64,000 nt of DNA from an uncultured Bacteroidales bacterium (GCA_937899265.1 CALBPV010000036.1:2184-66183); one strand, 5' to 3'. Counted from the first letter of the stretch, positions 25,520-35,095 are shown. Notes: generated by a model not told the origin, from the letters alone. Numbers and translations: made by a program.

Positions 25520-26846
25520 TGTCCCAATGAATATTATTCAGTTCACCAAAGAATGGAATTGCTCCATAGCGACCGTTCAGATAACCTTTCTGCACATTCT
25601 CCCTTGGCTTGTACTCACAGAGTGAAGACAAATGGCTTTCTCCTTTCTTGTCTTTCTCCACAAACCATACTTCATCTTGGCGGACAGGGGCTGTAGAAAG
25701 CAAATTTGATTCGTGTGTTGTGCATATTAACTGCATCTGCGAGTCGCTTCTGAGCAAACTGTTGTACAACTCCAATAATTTCAATGTCAACATCGGGTGT
25801 AAGCTCCTGTCAACCTCGTCAATCACATAGACTGCATCATTGGCACGCATATCGATAAGCATTGGAATGAAGTCGAACAAGCGTGACGTTCCATCGGACT
25901 CTTCGAACATTTCGAAGATATAGTCCGAGTTGCTGTCATCCTTCTTGTGGATGGTTTTCAGCTCTTGCCACTTCAGATTCTTCGACTTGTCTTTTTCTGC
26001 AATGATGAAGCGGTTCTCATTGTGAATCACCACCCCGATTTCGGCTCCTTTGCCTTCAAGAGCCTCCTCAACCTTTTGCCGAATATCATCGTGAATGCCC
26101 AATTCTTCAGGTTTTGACTCTACACGACAAAGGTCGGAGATGCCTGTTCCGAAATAATTCAGAAGTTCGCGCATCACGGTTCTGAATTGGGTGTCGTTTA
26201 CAACTCGGAACGGGAAATCTGTTCTGTGTGTATTTGGGAAGATGACATTCAGATTCTCAAACCATTTTCGGGCAGACTTAATCGCATCAATTCCCTTTCC
26301 GTTTCGCTTGATATACTCACTAAGGAAAGTACCCTTGGTAGGAGTACCATCAATCAAGAATTTCAAGAATTGTCCATCCTCATCCTTCATGTACTGTGTA
26401 GCAATTACATTTTCCCAGTTGTCGGCAGAACGCTTGCGCTCAAAAATCATGGTGTCATTACGACTGCCCGTCTTATACAGCCATTCCTCCAGCAAACCGC
26501 CTTTAGAGAAAGCTATACCGTAAGCAAAGAACTGGTTTTCTGCCTTGAACTCCAATTCGATACACGAACGCTCTTGAGGAGCATCCGTCATCTTGAAATA
26601 GTTATATTTTAGATTACTCCAGCCATTCAGGGCAAATTCTTTGACAATAGCCAAACATTTTATGATATTTGACTTTCCGGAAGCATTGGCACCATAAATC
26701 AATCCCATGCGGAGTACGGATAAATCATCCCGTTTCTCCGCACGTGACACTTGCAACGGCAATTGGTCGCTCTTGCTGGCTGTAAACAAGATGCGCGTTT
26801 CCTCGTTAAATGAGTAAATGTTTTCAAATTTGGCTGACAATAACAT
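25503..26846 (-). CDS. AAA_21/ABC-type ATPase (AbiLi/RloA-like)
   Basis: Walker A GANASGKSN, Walker B VYVIDEVDRSLHP and the TTHES motif. Start set to ATG MLLSAKFENIYSF (complement 26844-46), because the longer ORF starts at TTG and contains the -7 box. Confidence 0.85.
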   Translation of the reverse strand: MLLSAKFENIYSFNEETRILFTASKSDQLPLQVSRAEKRDDLSVLRMGLIYGANASGKSNIIKCLAIVKEFALNGWSNLKYNYFKMTDAPQERSCIELEFKAENQFFAYGIAFSKGGLLEEWLYKTGSRNDTMIFERKRSADNWENVIATQYMKDEDGQFLKFLIDGTPTKGTFLSEYIKRNGKGIDAIKSARKWFENLNVIFPNTHRTDFPFRVVNDTQFRTVMRELLNYFGTGISDLCRVESKPEELGIHDDIRQKVEEALEGKGAEIGVVIHNENRFIIAEKDKSKNLKWQELKTIHKKDDSNSDYIFEMFEESDGTSRLFDFIPMLIDMRANDAVYVIDEVDRSLHPMLTLKLLELYNSLLRSDSQMQLICTTHESNLLSTAPVRQDEVWFVEKDKKGESHLSSLCEYKPRENVQKGYLNGRYGAIPFFGELNNIHWDNAKQE

Positions 26847-26878
26847 AACAACGTCTGATATTTCGTAAATTTTCGTTG

Positions 26879-26886
26879 CAAAGATA
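26879..26886 (-). promoter_or_regulatory. -7 box (TATCTTTG on minus strand) for the ATPase/RloB operon
   Basis: The plus strand reads caaagata, 33 nt upstream of ATG 26846. Confidence 0.5.
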
Positions 26887-27079
26887 ACCAATTATTTTAA
26901 AAATCAGACAATTATTCACGTTAAATATGTATAAATACGACAAATATTATGCCATATAATACTGTTTTGTCAGTTAATGGCACAGTTATTCGACAAATTT
27001 GACAATTCTACAATATATTAAAGGTAATATAAGGCGCTATGCTTTGTTCGCCAAAACCGGGCAGGAAATCAACGACTGG

Positions 27080-28474
27080 CTATTCCCAACACTCGAGATC
27101 CTGCTCTATCTCGGGCAACTGTTCGCGGCGGAAGACAGGTTCGCGAATGCCGCGCCGTTTCTGGCTGCGATAGTCATCGAGCAGGCGGAAGGCATATTTG
27201 CCCAGCAGCACGATGGCGACAAGGTTGCAGGCGGTGAGCAAAGCCATGCAGAAGTCTATCATGCTCCAAACCGTCTCCAGTGTGGTCCAAGCTCCGAAGA
27301 GCACCATCACACCGCCGGACAGCAGACGATAGGCGGTCATGGCCGAGCGGCTCTGCGTCATGAAGCGCACGTTGGCCTCGCCGTAGTAATAGTTGCCTAT
27401 TATCGAAGAATAGGCGAAGAGGAAGATGGCCACAGCCACGAAGACGGGTCCCCATGCCCCCACCTCCGACTGGAGGGCAGCCTGTGTGAGCATGATGCCG
27501 TTCAGTTCGGGCGAAGTGTAGAGACCGCTGATGAGGATGATGAAGGCCGTGCAGGAGCAGACCACGAGGGTGTCGGTGAAAACTCCCAGCGCCTGAATAA
27601 GTCCCTGCTTGACCGGATGGGAGACAGAAGCCGTGGCCGCTGCATTGGGGGCACTGCCCTCGCCGGCCTCGTTGCTGAAGAGTCCGCGCTTCACACCGTT
27701 CATGATGGCAGCACCGAGCGTGCCGCCCACTGCCTGCTCCACACCGAAAGCACTCCGAACGATAACAGCCAGCACATGGGGGATATGTTCGATGTTCATC
27801 ACGATAATGACCACAGCGAGAATGAAATAGCCCACCGCCATGACGGGCACAAGCACGGAGCTGACTTTGGCAATGCGCTGTATGCCGCCGAAGACAATGA
27901 CGAGCGTCAGCAGGGCAAGCAGCACACCGGTCACCATGGGACTCCACCCGAAGGCACCCTCCATGGCTCCGCAAATGGTGTTGGTCTGCACAGAGTTGTT
28001 GGCCAGACCGAACGACACCGTAATGAGCACGGCAAAAAGCACGGCCATCCAGCGGCAGTGGAGTCCCCGCTGAATATAGTAGGCCGGGCCGCCGATGAAC
28101 GAGTCCCGGTGATGTTGTTTGTAGAGCTGGCCCAGCGTCGATTCGACAAAGGCGGTAGCCCCTCCCACCAACGCCATGACCCACATCCAGAAAACGGCAC
28201 CGGGGCCACCCACGGCAATGGCAGTGGCCACACCGGCGAGGTTGCCTGTGCCCACACGCGAAGCCAGCGAGACAGCAAACGCCTGGAACGACGAGATATG
28301 CTTCTGACCGCCATCGGGTTTGCCCGTCGAGTCGGTGAGCAGTCGCAACATCTCGCCCACCATGCGGAACTGCACAAAACGGGTGCGCCATGTGAACCAC
28401 AGGCCGCACCCTATAAGTGCCGCGATGAGGACGTAGCCCCATAGCGCGTCGTTGATTTGATTCAGTATTTCCAA
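27080..28474 (-). CDS. Alanine/glycine:cation symporter (AGCS family)
   Basis: 464 aa, polytopic. The N-terminus reads (M)EILNQINDALWGYVLIAALIGCGLWFTWRTRFVQF and there is an AGVATAIAVGGPGAVFWMW motif. An apparent TTG start lies 1 nt after the nagB stop. Confidence 0.88.
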   Translation of the reverse strand: MEILNQINDALWGYVLIAALIGCGLWFTWRTRFVQFRMVGEMLRLLTDSTGKPDGGQKHISSFQAFAVSLASRVGTGNLAGVATAIAVGGPGAVFWMWVMALVGGATAFVESTLGQLYKQHHRDSFIGGPAYYIQRGLHCRWMAVLFAVLITVSFGLANNSVQTNTICGAMEGAFGWSPMVTGVLLALLTLVIVFGGIQRIAKVSSVLVPVMAVGYFILAVVIIVMNIEHIPHVLAVIVRSAFGVEQAVGGTLGAAIMNGVKRGLFSNEAGEGSAPNAAATASVSHPVKQGLIQALGVFTDTLVVCSCTAFIILISGLYTSPELNGIMLTQAALQSEVGAWGPVFVAVAIFLFAYSSIIGNYYYGEANVRFMTQSRSAMTAYRLLSGGVMVLFGAWTTLETVWSMIDFCMALLTACNLVAIVLLGKYAFRLLDDYRSQKRRGIREPVFRREQLPEIEQDLECWE

Positions 28475-28475
28475 A

Positions 28476-29273
28476 TTACAACAGGATGTTGTTCTGCTCC
28501 TTCTCCTTGAAGTACTTGAAGGTGGCTACTTTGAGTTCATCACAAGCATCCTCGTCGCAGACAATGATGCCGTGCCGGTGCATCTGGAGGGCAGAAACCG
28601 TCCACATGTGGGATACGGAGCCTTCGATGACGGCCTGAAGGGCACGTGTCTTGGCGTGGCCGTTGACGAGAATCATCACCTCGCGTGCGTCCATCACGGT
28701 GCCTACACCGACGGTGAGGGCGAACTGGGGCACATTGTTGGGATCGCCTCCGAAGAAACGGCTGTTGGCGATGCGGGTGTCGGAGGTAAGAGTCTTCATG
28801 CGGGTGCGGCTGGTGAGCGACGAGCCGGGTTCGTTGAAAGCAATGTGACCGTCGGGACCGATGCCGCCCACGAAGAGGTCGATGCCGCCGAACTTGAGAA
28901 TCTCCTTCTCATACTCCTCACATTCCTTCTTGAGGTCCTCGGCATTGCCGTTGAGGATGTGGATGTTCTCGGGCTTGATGTCAATATGGTTGAAGAAGTT
29001 GTTGAACATGAAGCTGTGGTAGCTCTCGGGATGGCTCTCGGGCAGGCCTACATACTCGTCCATGTTGAAGGTTACAACGTTCTTGAACGAAACGATGCCT
29101 TCCTCGTTGGCCTTGATGAGGGCTTTGTACATGCCGAGCGGGCTGCTGCCTGTGGGGAGACCCAGCACGAAGGGATGGCTGGCTGTGGGTTTGGCGGCAT
29201 TGATTTTGCCGATGACGCGATTTGCTGCCCACTGGGACATCAAATCGTAAGAAGGTTCAATAATGACTCTCAT
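28476..29273 (-). CDS. nagB: Glucosamine-6-phosphate deaminase
   Basis: 265 aa: [17 protein letters not shown]...[13 protein letters not shown]...FNMDEYVGL...[18 protein letters not shown]. These are classical NagB motifs. Confidence 0.92.
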   Translation of the reverse strand: MRVIIEPSYDLMSQWAANRVIGKINAAKPTASHPFVLGLPTGSSPLGMYKALIKANEEGIVSFKNVVTFNMDEYVGLPESHPESYHSFMFNNFFNHIDIKPENIHILNGNAEDLKKECEEYEKEILKFGGIDLFVGGIGPDGHIAFNEPGSSLTSRTRMKTLTSDTRIANSRFFGGDPNNVPQFALTVGVGTVMDAREVMILVNGHAKTRALQAVIEGSVSHMWTVSALQMHRHGIIVCDEDACDELKVATFKYFKEKEQNNILL

Positions 29274-29319
29274 AAGTGTATATTTAATTGGTTCAAATGT
29301 TCAGACAGGGTCCGGAAGA

Positions 29320-31185
29320 TTATTCCACTGTGACCGACTTGGCCAGATTGCGGGGCATATCGACATTGAGATTGCGAGCCACAGCCACATGATAGCTCAG
29401 CAACTGCAGCGGAATCACCGTGAGCAGGGGCACGAGCGTGTTAAGCGTGGGAGGAATCTCAATCACACTGTCGGCAATGGCCTTGACATCCTTGTCACCG
29501 CGTGTCACTATGGCGAGAATCTTGCCGTTGCGGGCCTTGACCTCCTTCATGTTGGAGATAATCTTCTGATAAAGCTGATGATGGGTAGCCACGAAAATGG
29601 TGGGCATGTCGCTGTCGATGAGGGCGATAGGGCCGTGTTTCATCTCGGCGGCGGGATAACCTTCGGCATGGATGTAGGAGATTTCCTTGAGTTTCAGCGC
29701 ACCCTCGAGAGCCACGGGATAATTGTAGCCGCGTCCCAAGTAGAGGAAGTTACGCACGTATGTGTAGGTGAGCGCCAGATGCTTTATCTTGTCATCCATG
29801 TCGCTCTTGAGCATTTCCTCCATGAGGTCGGGAATCTCAGCGAGTTTGCCAATGGTGTAGTGATATTCGTTGTCGGGCAGACTTCCCAGTTCGTGACCCA
29901 GCTGGAGAGCCAGCATCGTGAGCACGCACACCTGTCCGGTGAAGGCTTTGGTGGAAGCCACACCAATCTCGGGGCCTACGTGGATGTAAATGCCCGTATC
30001 GGAGGCACGGGCGATGGACGAACCTACACCGTTGACCACGCCGAAGATGAGGGCTCCGTGTTCCCGAGCCAACTGGATGGCAGCCAGGGTGTCGGCAGTC
30101 TCACCGCTCTGGGAGATGGCTATCACCACGTCGCCTGACTCTATGACAGGATTGCTGTAGCGGAACTCGGAGGCGTAGGCCACTTCGACGGGTACACGGC
30201 ACATCTGCTCAATGAGCTGCTTGCCTATGAGTCCTGCATGCCACGAGGTGCCGCAGGCCACGATGATGAAGCGATGGGCCTTCAACAGCCTGTTTTTGAA
30301 GTCGCGGATGGCAGAGAGCTGGATGAAGTTGTTGGAGAGGTTGTCGCGATCGACAAACACACGACCGCGCATACTGTCGCGCAGACACTGGGGCTGGTCG
30401 TAGATTTCCTTTATCATAAAATGCGGGAACCCGCCCTTGGTCAACATCGAGATGTCAAGTTCGACCTCCTTGATGTCGTAATCGACGCTCTGGTTCTGGA
30501 GCGAGAAGATTTCGGGTTTCTTGCCGGGAGAGAGCACAGCCACCTGTTCATCCTCGAGATAAACCATCTTCTTGGTGAACTCGACGATGGGGCTGGCATC
30601 GGAGCCAACGAAAAACTCGCCTTCGTTCTCGCCCACGCCAATCACGAGGGGTGACGACTTGCGGGCCACGATGAGACGTTCGGGATGTTCGCGGTCGATG
30701 AGGGCGATGGCGTAGGCGCCTATCACCTTGTTGAGGGCACGCACCACAGCCTCACGCACGTCATCGGTGGTGGTGAGGGCAAATTCGACGAGTTGTACCA
30801 ATACTTCCGTATCGGTCTCGCTCTTGAACTGATATCCTTTCTGGATGAGCTGTTCACGGATGGTGGCGAAATTCTCGATGATACCGTTGTGAACCATCGC
30901 CAGCCGTCCGCTTTGCGAGACGTGGGGATGGGCGTTCACCGAATTGGGTTCGCCGTGCGTAGCCCAACGGGTGTGGGCGATACCGAGTCCACCTGCCACG
31001 TCCTTGCCGGCACAGGCTGCCTCGAGTGTAGCCACTTTGCCTTTTTCCTTATATACATTGAGCCGATGGTCATTGAGCAGTGCAACACCTGCAGAGTCAT
31101 AACCACGATACTCCAGCTTTTTCAATCCGCCAATCAAGATGGGAAACGCTTCCCGCGAACCGATGTAACCGACTATACCACACAT
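29320..31185 (-). CDS. glmS: Glutamine--fructose-6-phosphate aminotransferase (isomerizing)
   Basis: Starts MCGIVGYIG (N-terminal nucleophile Cys), has two SIS domains and ends in the typical ...LAKSVTVE. Confidence 0.95.
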   Translation of the reverse strand: MCGIVGYIGSREAFPILIGGLKKLEYRGYDSAGVALLNDHRLNVYKEKGKVATLEAACAGKDVAGGLGIAHTRWATHGEPNSVNAHPHVSQSGRLAMVHNGIIENFATIREQLIQKGYQFKSETDTEVLVQLVEFALTTTDDVREAVVRALNKVIGAYAIALIDREHPERLIVARKSSPLVIGVGENEGEFFVGSDASPIVEFTKKMVYLEDEQVAVLSPGKKPEIFSLQNQSVDYDIKEVELDISMLTKGGFPHFMIKEIYDQPQCLRDSMRGRVFVDRDNLSNNFIQLSAIRDFKNRLLKAHRFIIVACGTSWHAGLIGKQLIEQMCRVPVEVAYASEFRYSNPVIESGDVVIAISQSGETADTLAAIQLAREHGALIFGVVNGVGSSIARASDTGIYIHVGPEIGVASTKAFTGQVCVLTMLALQLGHELGSLPDNEYHYTIGKLAEIPDLMEEMLKSDMDDKIKHLALTYTYVRNFLYLGRGYNYPVALEGALKLKEISYIHAEGYPAAEMKHGPIALIDSDMPTIFVATHHQLYQKIISNMKEVKARNGKILAIVTRGDKDVKAIADSVIEIPPTLNTLVPLLTVIPLQLLSYHVAVARNLNVDMPRNLAKSVTVE

Positions 31186-31243
31186 ATATCCTTAGTTTTC
31201 TTGGAAATTTGCTGTTTGAGACAATTTGTTGTTAAGTTGGGTG

Positions 31244-31251
31244 CAAATTTA
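31244..31251 (-). promoter_or_regulatory. -7 box (TAAATTTG on minus strand) upstream of glmS
   Basis: The plus strand reads caaattta, about 60 nt upstream of ATG 31185. Confidence 0.45.
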
Positions 31252-31364
31252 GCGAAAAATGAATAAAAATCGGGTAAAATGCCACACTTTTTTTATTATC
31301 GGCAAGATTTTTTTTTATAAAAGTGTTTTCATTGTAAAGTTTAGTTGTTATTTTATCCACTTTT

Positions 31365-31907
31365 TCACAGTGAAGGAGCGTAATCCCGCAGTTTCCTTTC
31401 CCGTTCCTTCACGTCGGGCAGAAATTGTGCCATGAGGGCATGGAAGCGTGGGGAATGGTTCATCTCGACCAAGTGGCAGAGTTCGTGGACAATGATGAGT
31501 TCAATCAGGTCGTCGGGCATACGTCCCAGAGCGACATTGAGCATGATGTGTCCCTTGGCCGAACAGCTGCCCCAGCGTGTTTTGGCGTGGCGGACGGTGA
31601 GGCGAGTGGGCCTGCGACCTGTCTTTTCCCAAAAGAGGTCTGCCCACTTTCGCATGAACGTATTCAATTTGTGGCCGATGGCTCTCACCTCTTCGCGGGT
31701 ATAGGGTGACTGGACAGGAGACTGCGCCTTTCGGGTTTCCACTCTACGTAGAGCCCGCAGTATCCAGTCGGCCTTGCCGGTGACAAAAGATTCAATCTCA
31801 CGGTCAGAGGTCCACAGGGGGGCACGCACTATAACGCGACCGTCGCGGGTGACTTGAATGGCCATCGTGCGACGGGCTGAACGGACGAGACTAAACGAGA
31901 CTGGCAT
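31365..31907 (-). CDS. YgjP-like metal-dependent hydrolase (DUF45/M48-like, HExxH)
   Basis: Has the HELCHLVEMNHSPRF zinc motif. The N-terminus MPVSFSLVRSARRTMAIQVTRDGRVIVRAP is typical of the family. It would overlap the rimO end by 17 nt; an alternative ATG lies at 31943. Confidence 0.7.
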   Translation of the reverse strand: MPVSFSLVRSARRTMAIQVTRDGRVIVRAPLWTSDREIESFVTGKADWILRALRRVETRKAQSPVQSPYTREEVRAIGHKLNTFMRKWADLFWEKTGRRPTRLTVRHAKTRWGSCSAKGHIMLNVALGRMPDDLIELIIVHELCHLVEMNHSPRFHALMAQFLPDVKERERKLRDYAPSL

Positions 31908-33186
31908 AGAGTTCGTAAGGGGCAGCAGAAGTGATGCGAACATTGCAGAACTGTCCCGGTTCAAGTGCCGTTTCGGCAGGAATGAGGATTTCGGGATCCA
32001 CCTCGGGCGAATCGAATTCGGAACGGGCCACCCAATAGTCGCCTTCGAGACGATCGACAACGACACGCAGTGTCTGTCCCATCTTAGCCTCCTGACACTC
32101 GAGCGAAATCTCCTCCTGAAGTGCCATGAGACGGTCGAGTCTGTCCTGCTTCACCTCGGGAGACACGTCGTCGGTATAGTGTAGGGCGGCATAAGTACCC
32201 TCCTCCTCGCTGTAGGCAAAAGCACCCATGCGTTCGAAACGCTGGCGACGGGTGAAGCGGAGCAATTCCTCAAAGTCCTCTTCGGTCTCGCCGGGAAAAC
32301 CTACCATGAAGGTAGTGCGGAGATGTATGCCCGGTACCTGACGGCGGATTTCGGCCAACAATTCTTCGGTCTCGGTGCAGGTAATATGACGGCGCATCCG
32401 GTTGAGCATACGGTCAGAACCGTGCTGGAGTGCGATGTCGAGATAGCGGCAGATGTTGGGACGCGAAGCCATGACGGGCAACAAGTCCATCGGGAAGTCA
32501 TTGGGATAGGCATAGTGGAGACGCAACCATTCCACGCCAGGCGTGTCTGCTATCTTTTCCACCAGCTCGGCGATATTGTAGCGGCGATAGAGGTCGTGGC
32601 CGTAGCCCGTGAGGTCCTGAGCGATGAGTTGGATTTCGTGTACACCCTGAGCCACAAGTTCCCTCACCTCCTCCAGGATATCCTCCATGGGGCGTGACTT
32701 GTAAACTCCCGTGATGATGGGTATCGCGCAGTAGGCGCAGTGACGGTCACAGCCTTCGGCTATCTTGACGTAGGCATAATGGGAGGGCGTTGTCCGGTAA
32801 CGGCTGGATTCCAAACTGTCGTCCCAGCGATGTCCCAGGTCGCGGAGGATGCCTTTCCAGTCAAACTTGCCGTAGATGGCATCCACCTCGGGAATCTCGT
32901 CGGTAAGCTCCTGACGATAGCGTTCGGAGAGACATCCCATCACAAAGATGCGTCCGATGCGGTGACGGCGTTTGGCTTCGGTGAGCTGCAGGATGGTGTT
33001 GATACTCTCCTCCTTGGCATCGCCGATGAAACCGCAGGTGTTGACTATGACAATCTCGCCGTGCGGATCTTCGGGGTCGTGGTGCATCTTGTATCCCGCG
33101 TGAGCCAGCTGGGCCATGAGGCGTTCCGAATCGACAAGATTCTTGCTGCACCCCAACGTAATGAGGTCAATACGATTCTTCTGCAT
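31891..33186 (-). CDS. rimO: Ribosomal protein S12 methylthiotransferase
   Basis: MQKNRIDLITLGCSKNLVDSE (UPF0004 domain), a radical-SAM CxxxCxxC (GCDRHCAYCAIP) and a C-terminal TRAM domain. Confidence 0.88.
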   Translation of the reverse strand: MQKNRIDLITLGCSKNLVDSERLMAQLAHAGYKMHHDPEDPHGEIVIVNTCGFIGDAKEESINTILQLTEAKRRHRIGRIFVMGCLSERYRQELTDEIPEVDAIYGKFDWKGILRDLGHRWDDSLESSRYRTTPSHYAYVKIAEGCDRHCAYCAIPIITGVYKSRPMEDILEEVRELVAQGVHEIQLIAQDLTGYGHDLYRRYNIAELVEKIADTPGVEWLRLHYAYPNDFPMDLLPVMASRPNICRYLDIALQHGSDRMLNRMRRHITCTETEELLAEIRRQVPGIHLRTTFMVGFPGETEEDFEELLRFTRRQRFERMGAFAYSEEEGTYAALHYTDDVSPEVKQDRLDRLMALQEEISLECQEAKMGQTLRVVVDRLEGDYWVARSEFDSPEVDPEILIPAETALEPGQFCNVRITSAAPYELYASLV

Positions 33187-34142
33187 CAGGCACCAAAGAG
33201 GCTGTCAACAAAAGCCCTGCGGTTAAATATCTGGAGGTCGTCGATACCCTCTCCGAGACCGATGTAGCGGACAGGGGTTCGGAGCTGGTCGCTGATACCT
33301 ATCACGACACCACCCTTGGCGGTACCGTCGAGTTTGGTTATGGCGAGTGCTGTGACATCCGTCACGGCCGCAAACTGCTTGGCCTGTTCGAAGGCATTCT
33401 GACCTGTGGAACCGTCGAGTACGAGGAGCACTTCGGGATTCGAATCGGTCACCACTTTCTGGATAACCTTGCGTATTTTGCCGAGTTCGTTCATGAGCCC
33501 CACCTTATTGTGGAGGCGGCCTGCGGTGTCGATGATGACCACATCGGCCTGTTCTTTCACGGCATGGGACACCGCGTCGAAAGCCACCGATGCGGGGTCG
33601 GATCCCATCTGTTGCTTCACGACAGGCACGCCCACGCGCTGTCCCCAGATTTCGAGCTGCTCAATGGCAGCTGCACGGAAGGTGTCGGCAGCACCGAGAA
33701 TGACTTTGTTGCCGGCCTCCTTGAACTTGTAGGCCAGTTTGCCGATGGTGGTGGTTTTGCCCACGCCGTTGACACCCACCACCAGGATGACATACGGACG
33801 CTTGACGCCCTCGCGCACGGTGAAGCCGTCGAGTTCCTCGGTCTGGTTTTCAACCAAGAGAGCGGTCACTTCCTCGCGAAGGATGTTGTTGAGTTCGGCG
33901 GTCGATACATAGTTGTCGCGAGCCACACGGTCTTCGATGCGCTCGATGATTTTGAGCGTGGTATCGACACCCACATCAGAGGTCACAAGGGTTTCCTCGA
34001 GCGAGTCGAGCACCTCGTCATCCACACGGCTCTTACCTGCGATGGCACGTGTCAGTTTCGAGAAGAAACCCTCTTTGGTCTTGTTGAGACCGTTGTCGAG
34101 GGTCTCTTTGTCTTTTTTCTTGAAGAAATCAAAAAATCCCAT
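33186..34142 (-). CDS. ftsY: Signal recognition particle receptor FtsY
   Basis: SRP GTPase motifs GVNGVGKTTTIGKLA, DTAGR and TKLDGTAKGG. Confidence 0.93.
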   Translation of the reverse strand: MGFFDFFKKKDKETLDNGLNKTKEGFFSKLTRAIAGKSRVDDEVLDSLEETLVTSDVGVDTTLKIIERIEDRVARDNYVSTAELNNILREEVTALLVENQTEELDGFTVREGVKRPYVILVVGVNGVGKTTTIGKLAYKFKEAGNKVILGAADTFRAAAIEQLEIWGQRVGVPVVKQQMGSDPASVAFDAVSHAVKEQADVVIIDTAGRLHNKVGLMNELGKIRKVIQKVVTDSNPEVLLVLDGSTGQNAFEQAKQFAAVTDVTALAITKLDGTAKGGVVIGISDQLRTPVRYIGLGEGIDDLQIFNRRAFVDSLFGA

Positions 34143-34252
34143 AGAATTCGGAATTATTCACGACCGGACGGCCGCGTGTGATAAGCAAAGCAACAAAGGC
34201 CGCACCGAGCGAGTATCTCGTTGCGACCCTTTAAAATATATAAGGAGTCTGC

Positions 34253-34405
34253 TTATTTAGCAAGAGCTGCCTTTACCTGTTCGTTAGGTACCATCTCCTC
34301 TTGGAAGATGTAAGCACCTGTCTTGGGTGATTTTACGACGCGTACAATCTTGGAATAGGTACGGCCATCACCGGTCTTGAGGGTTGCGACGGTTTTCTTT
34401 GCCAT
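34253..34405 (-). CDS. DUF4295 family small protein
   Basis: Own translation: MAKKTVATLKTGDGRTYSKIVRVVKSPKTGAYIFQEEMVPNEQVKAALAK (50 aa, below the ORF-track cutoff). It holds the conserved Bacteroidetes position after rpmB-rpmG. Confidence 0.7.
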   Translation of the reverse strand: MAKKTVATLKTGDGRTYSKIVRVVKSPKTGAYIFQEEMVPNEQVKAALAK

Positions 34406-34420
34406 TGTAGTATTCTCCTA

Positions 34421-34609
34421 TTATTTAATTTCCTTGTGAATCGTGTAGCGCTTCAAGTAGGGATTGTACTTCTTGAGCTCGAGGCGCTCGGTTGTATTTT
34501 TGCGGTTCTTGGTGGTGATGTAACGGGACATTCCGGGAACACCGGAAGCCTTCTGCTCAGTGCATTCGAGAATCACCTGTACGCGGTTACCTTTAACTTT
34601 CTTAGCCAT
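34421..34609 (-). CDS. rpmG: 50S ribosomal protein L33
   Basis: 62 aa: [62 protein letters not shown]. Confidence 0.93.
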   Translation of the reverse strand: MAKKVKGNRVQVILECTEQKASGVPGMSRYITTKNRKNTTERLELKKYNPYLKRYTIHKEIK

Positions 34610-34629
34610 AGTTCTGATCTCCTATGTAT

Positions 34630-34857
34630 TTATTCAACGACATAACCTGCCTCTCTCAAGACAGCAGAGATGCCCTTGCGATTGATAGTACGGATAGCGT
34701 TAGCCGAAACCTTGAGTACAACGTAATCGTCAAGTTCGGGAACGTAGAATTTCTTCACCTGCAGGTTAACGTTGAAGAGTCGCTTTGTGCGGCGCTTGGA
34801 GTGGGAAACGTTGTTTCCGCGACCTGCCTTTTTGCCTGTAATCTGACAAACTTTCAT
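34630..34857 (-). CDS. rpmB: 50S ribosomal protein L28
   Basis: 75 aa: [33 protein letters not shown]... Confidence 0.93.
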   Translation of the reverse strand: MKVCQITGKKAGRGNNVSHSKRRTKRLFNVNLQVKKFYVPELDDYVVLKVSANAIRTINRKGISAVLREAGYVVE

Positions 34858-35048
34858 TTTGTTGTTTCTTTAAATTTGTTTTTTGATTTGTGGGTGAGCA
34901 CTCGGAATTATGGAGTTCCTGCGCTCTGACAAGTCTCGCGGCCTCTTGGGTTGAACAGGGCTCTGTGCGGGCGGCTGCATCTTTCCGCCGTGGGGTGCAC
35001 TCCTGTCGAGAAGCCTGAAAAACATGCTTTTGTGCGAAAAAAGCGGTG

Positions 35049-35056
35049 CAAAGATA
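35049..35056 (-). promoter_or_regulatory. -7 box (TATCTTTG on minus strand) about 190 nt upstream of rpmB
   Basis: The plus strand reads caaagata. It implies a long GC-rich leader. Confidence 0.4.
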
Positions 35057-35095
35057 GAATTATTTTTCGATTTTTCCAAACAAAGAGACGGAAAA

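Noticed and set aside
34960-35000. SRP-RNA-like motif (minus strand GGCGGAAAGAUGCAGCCGCC) near ftsY
   Set aside because: The flanks do not form the conserved domain IV helix with a GNAR loop and symmetric loop. It is just a 5-bp hairpin with a 10-nt loop, and its proximity to ftsY is coincidental.
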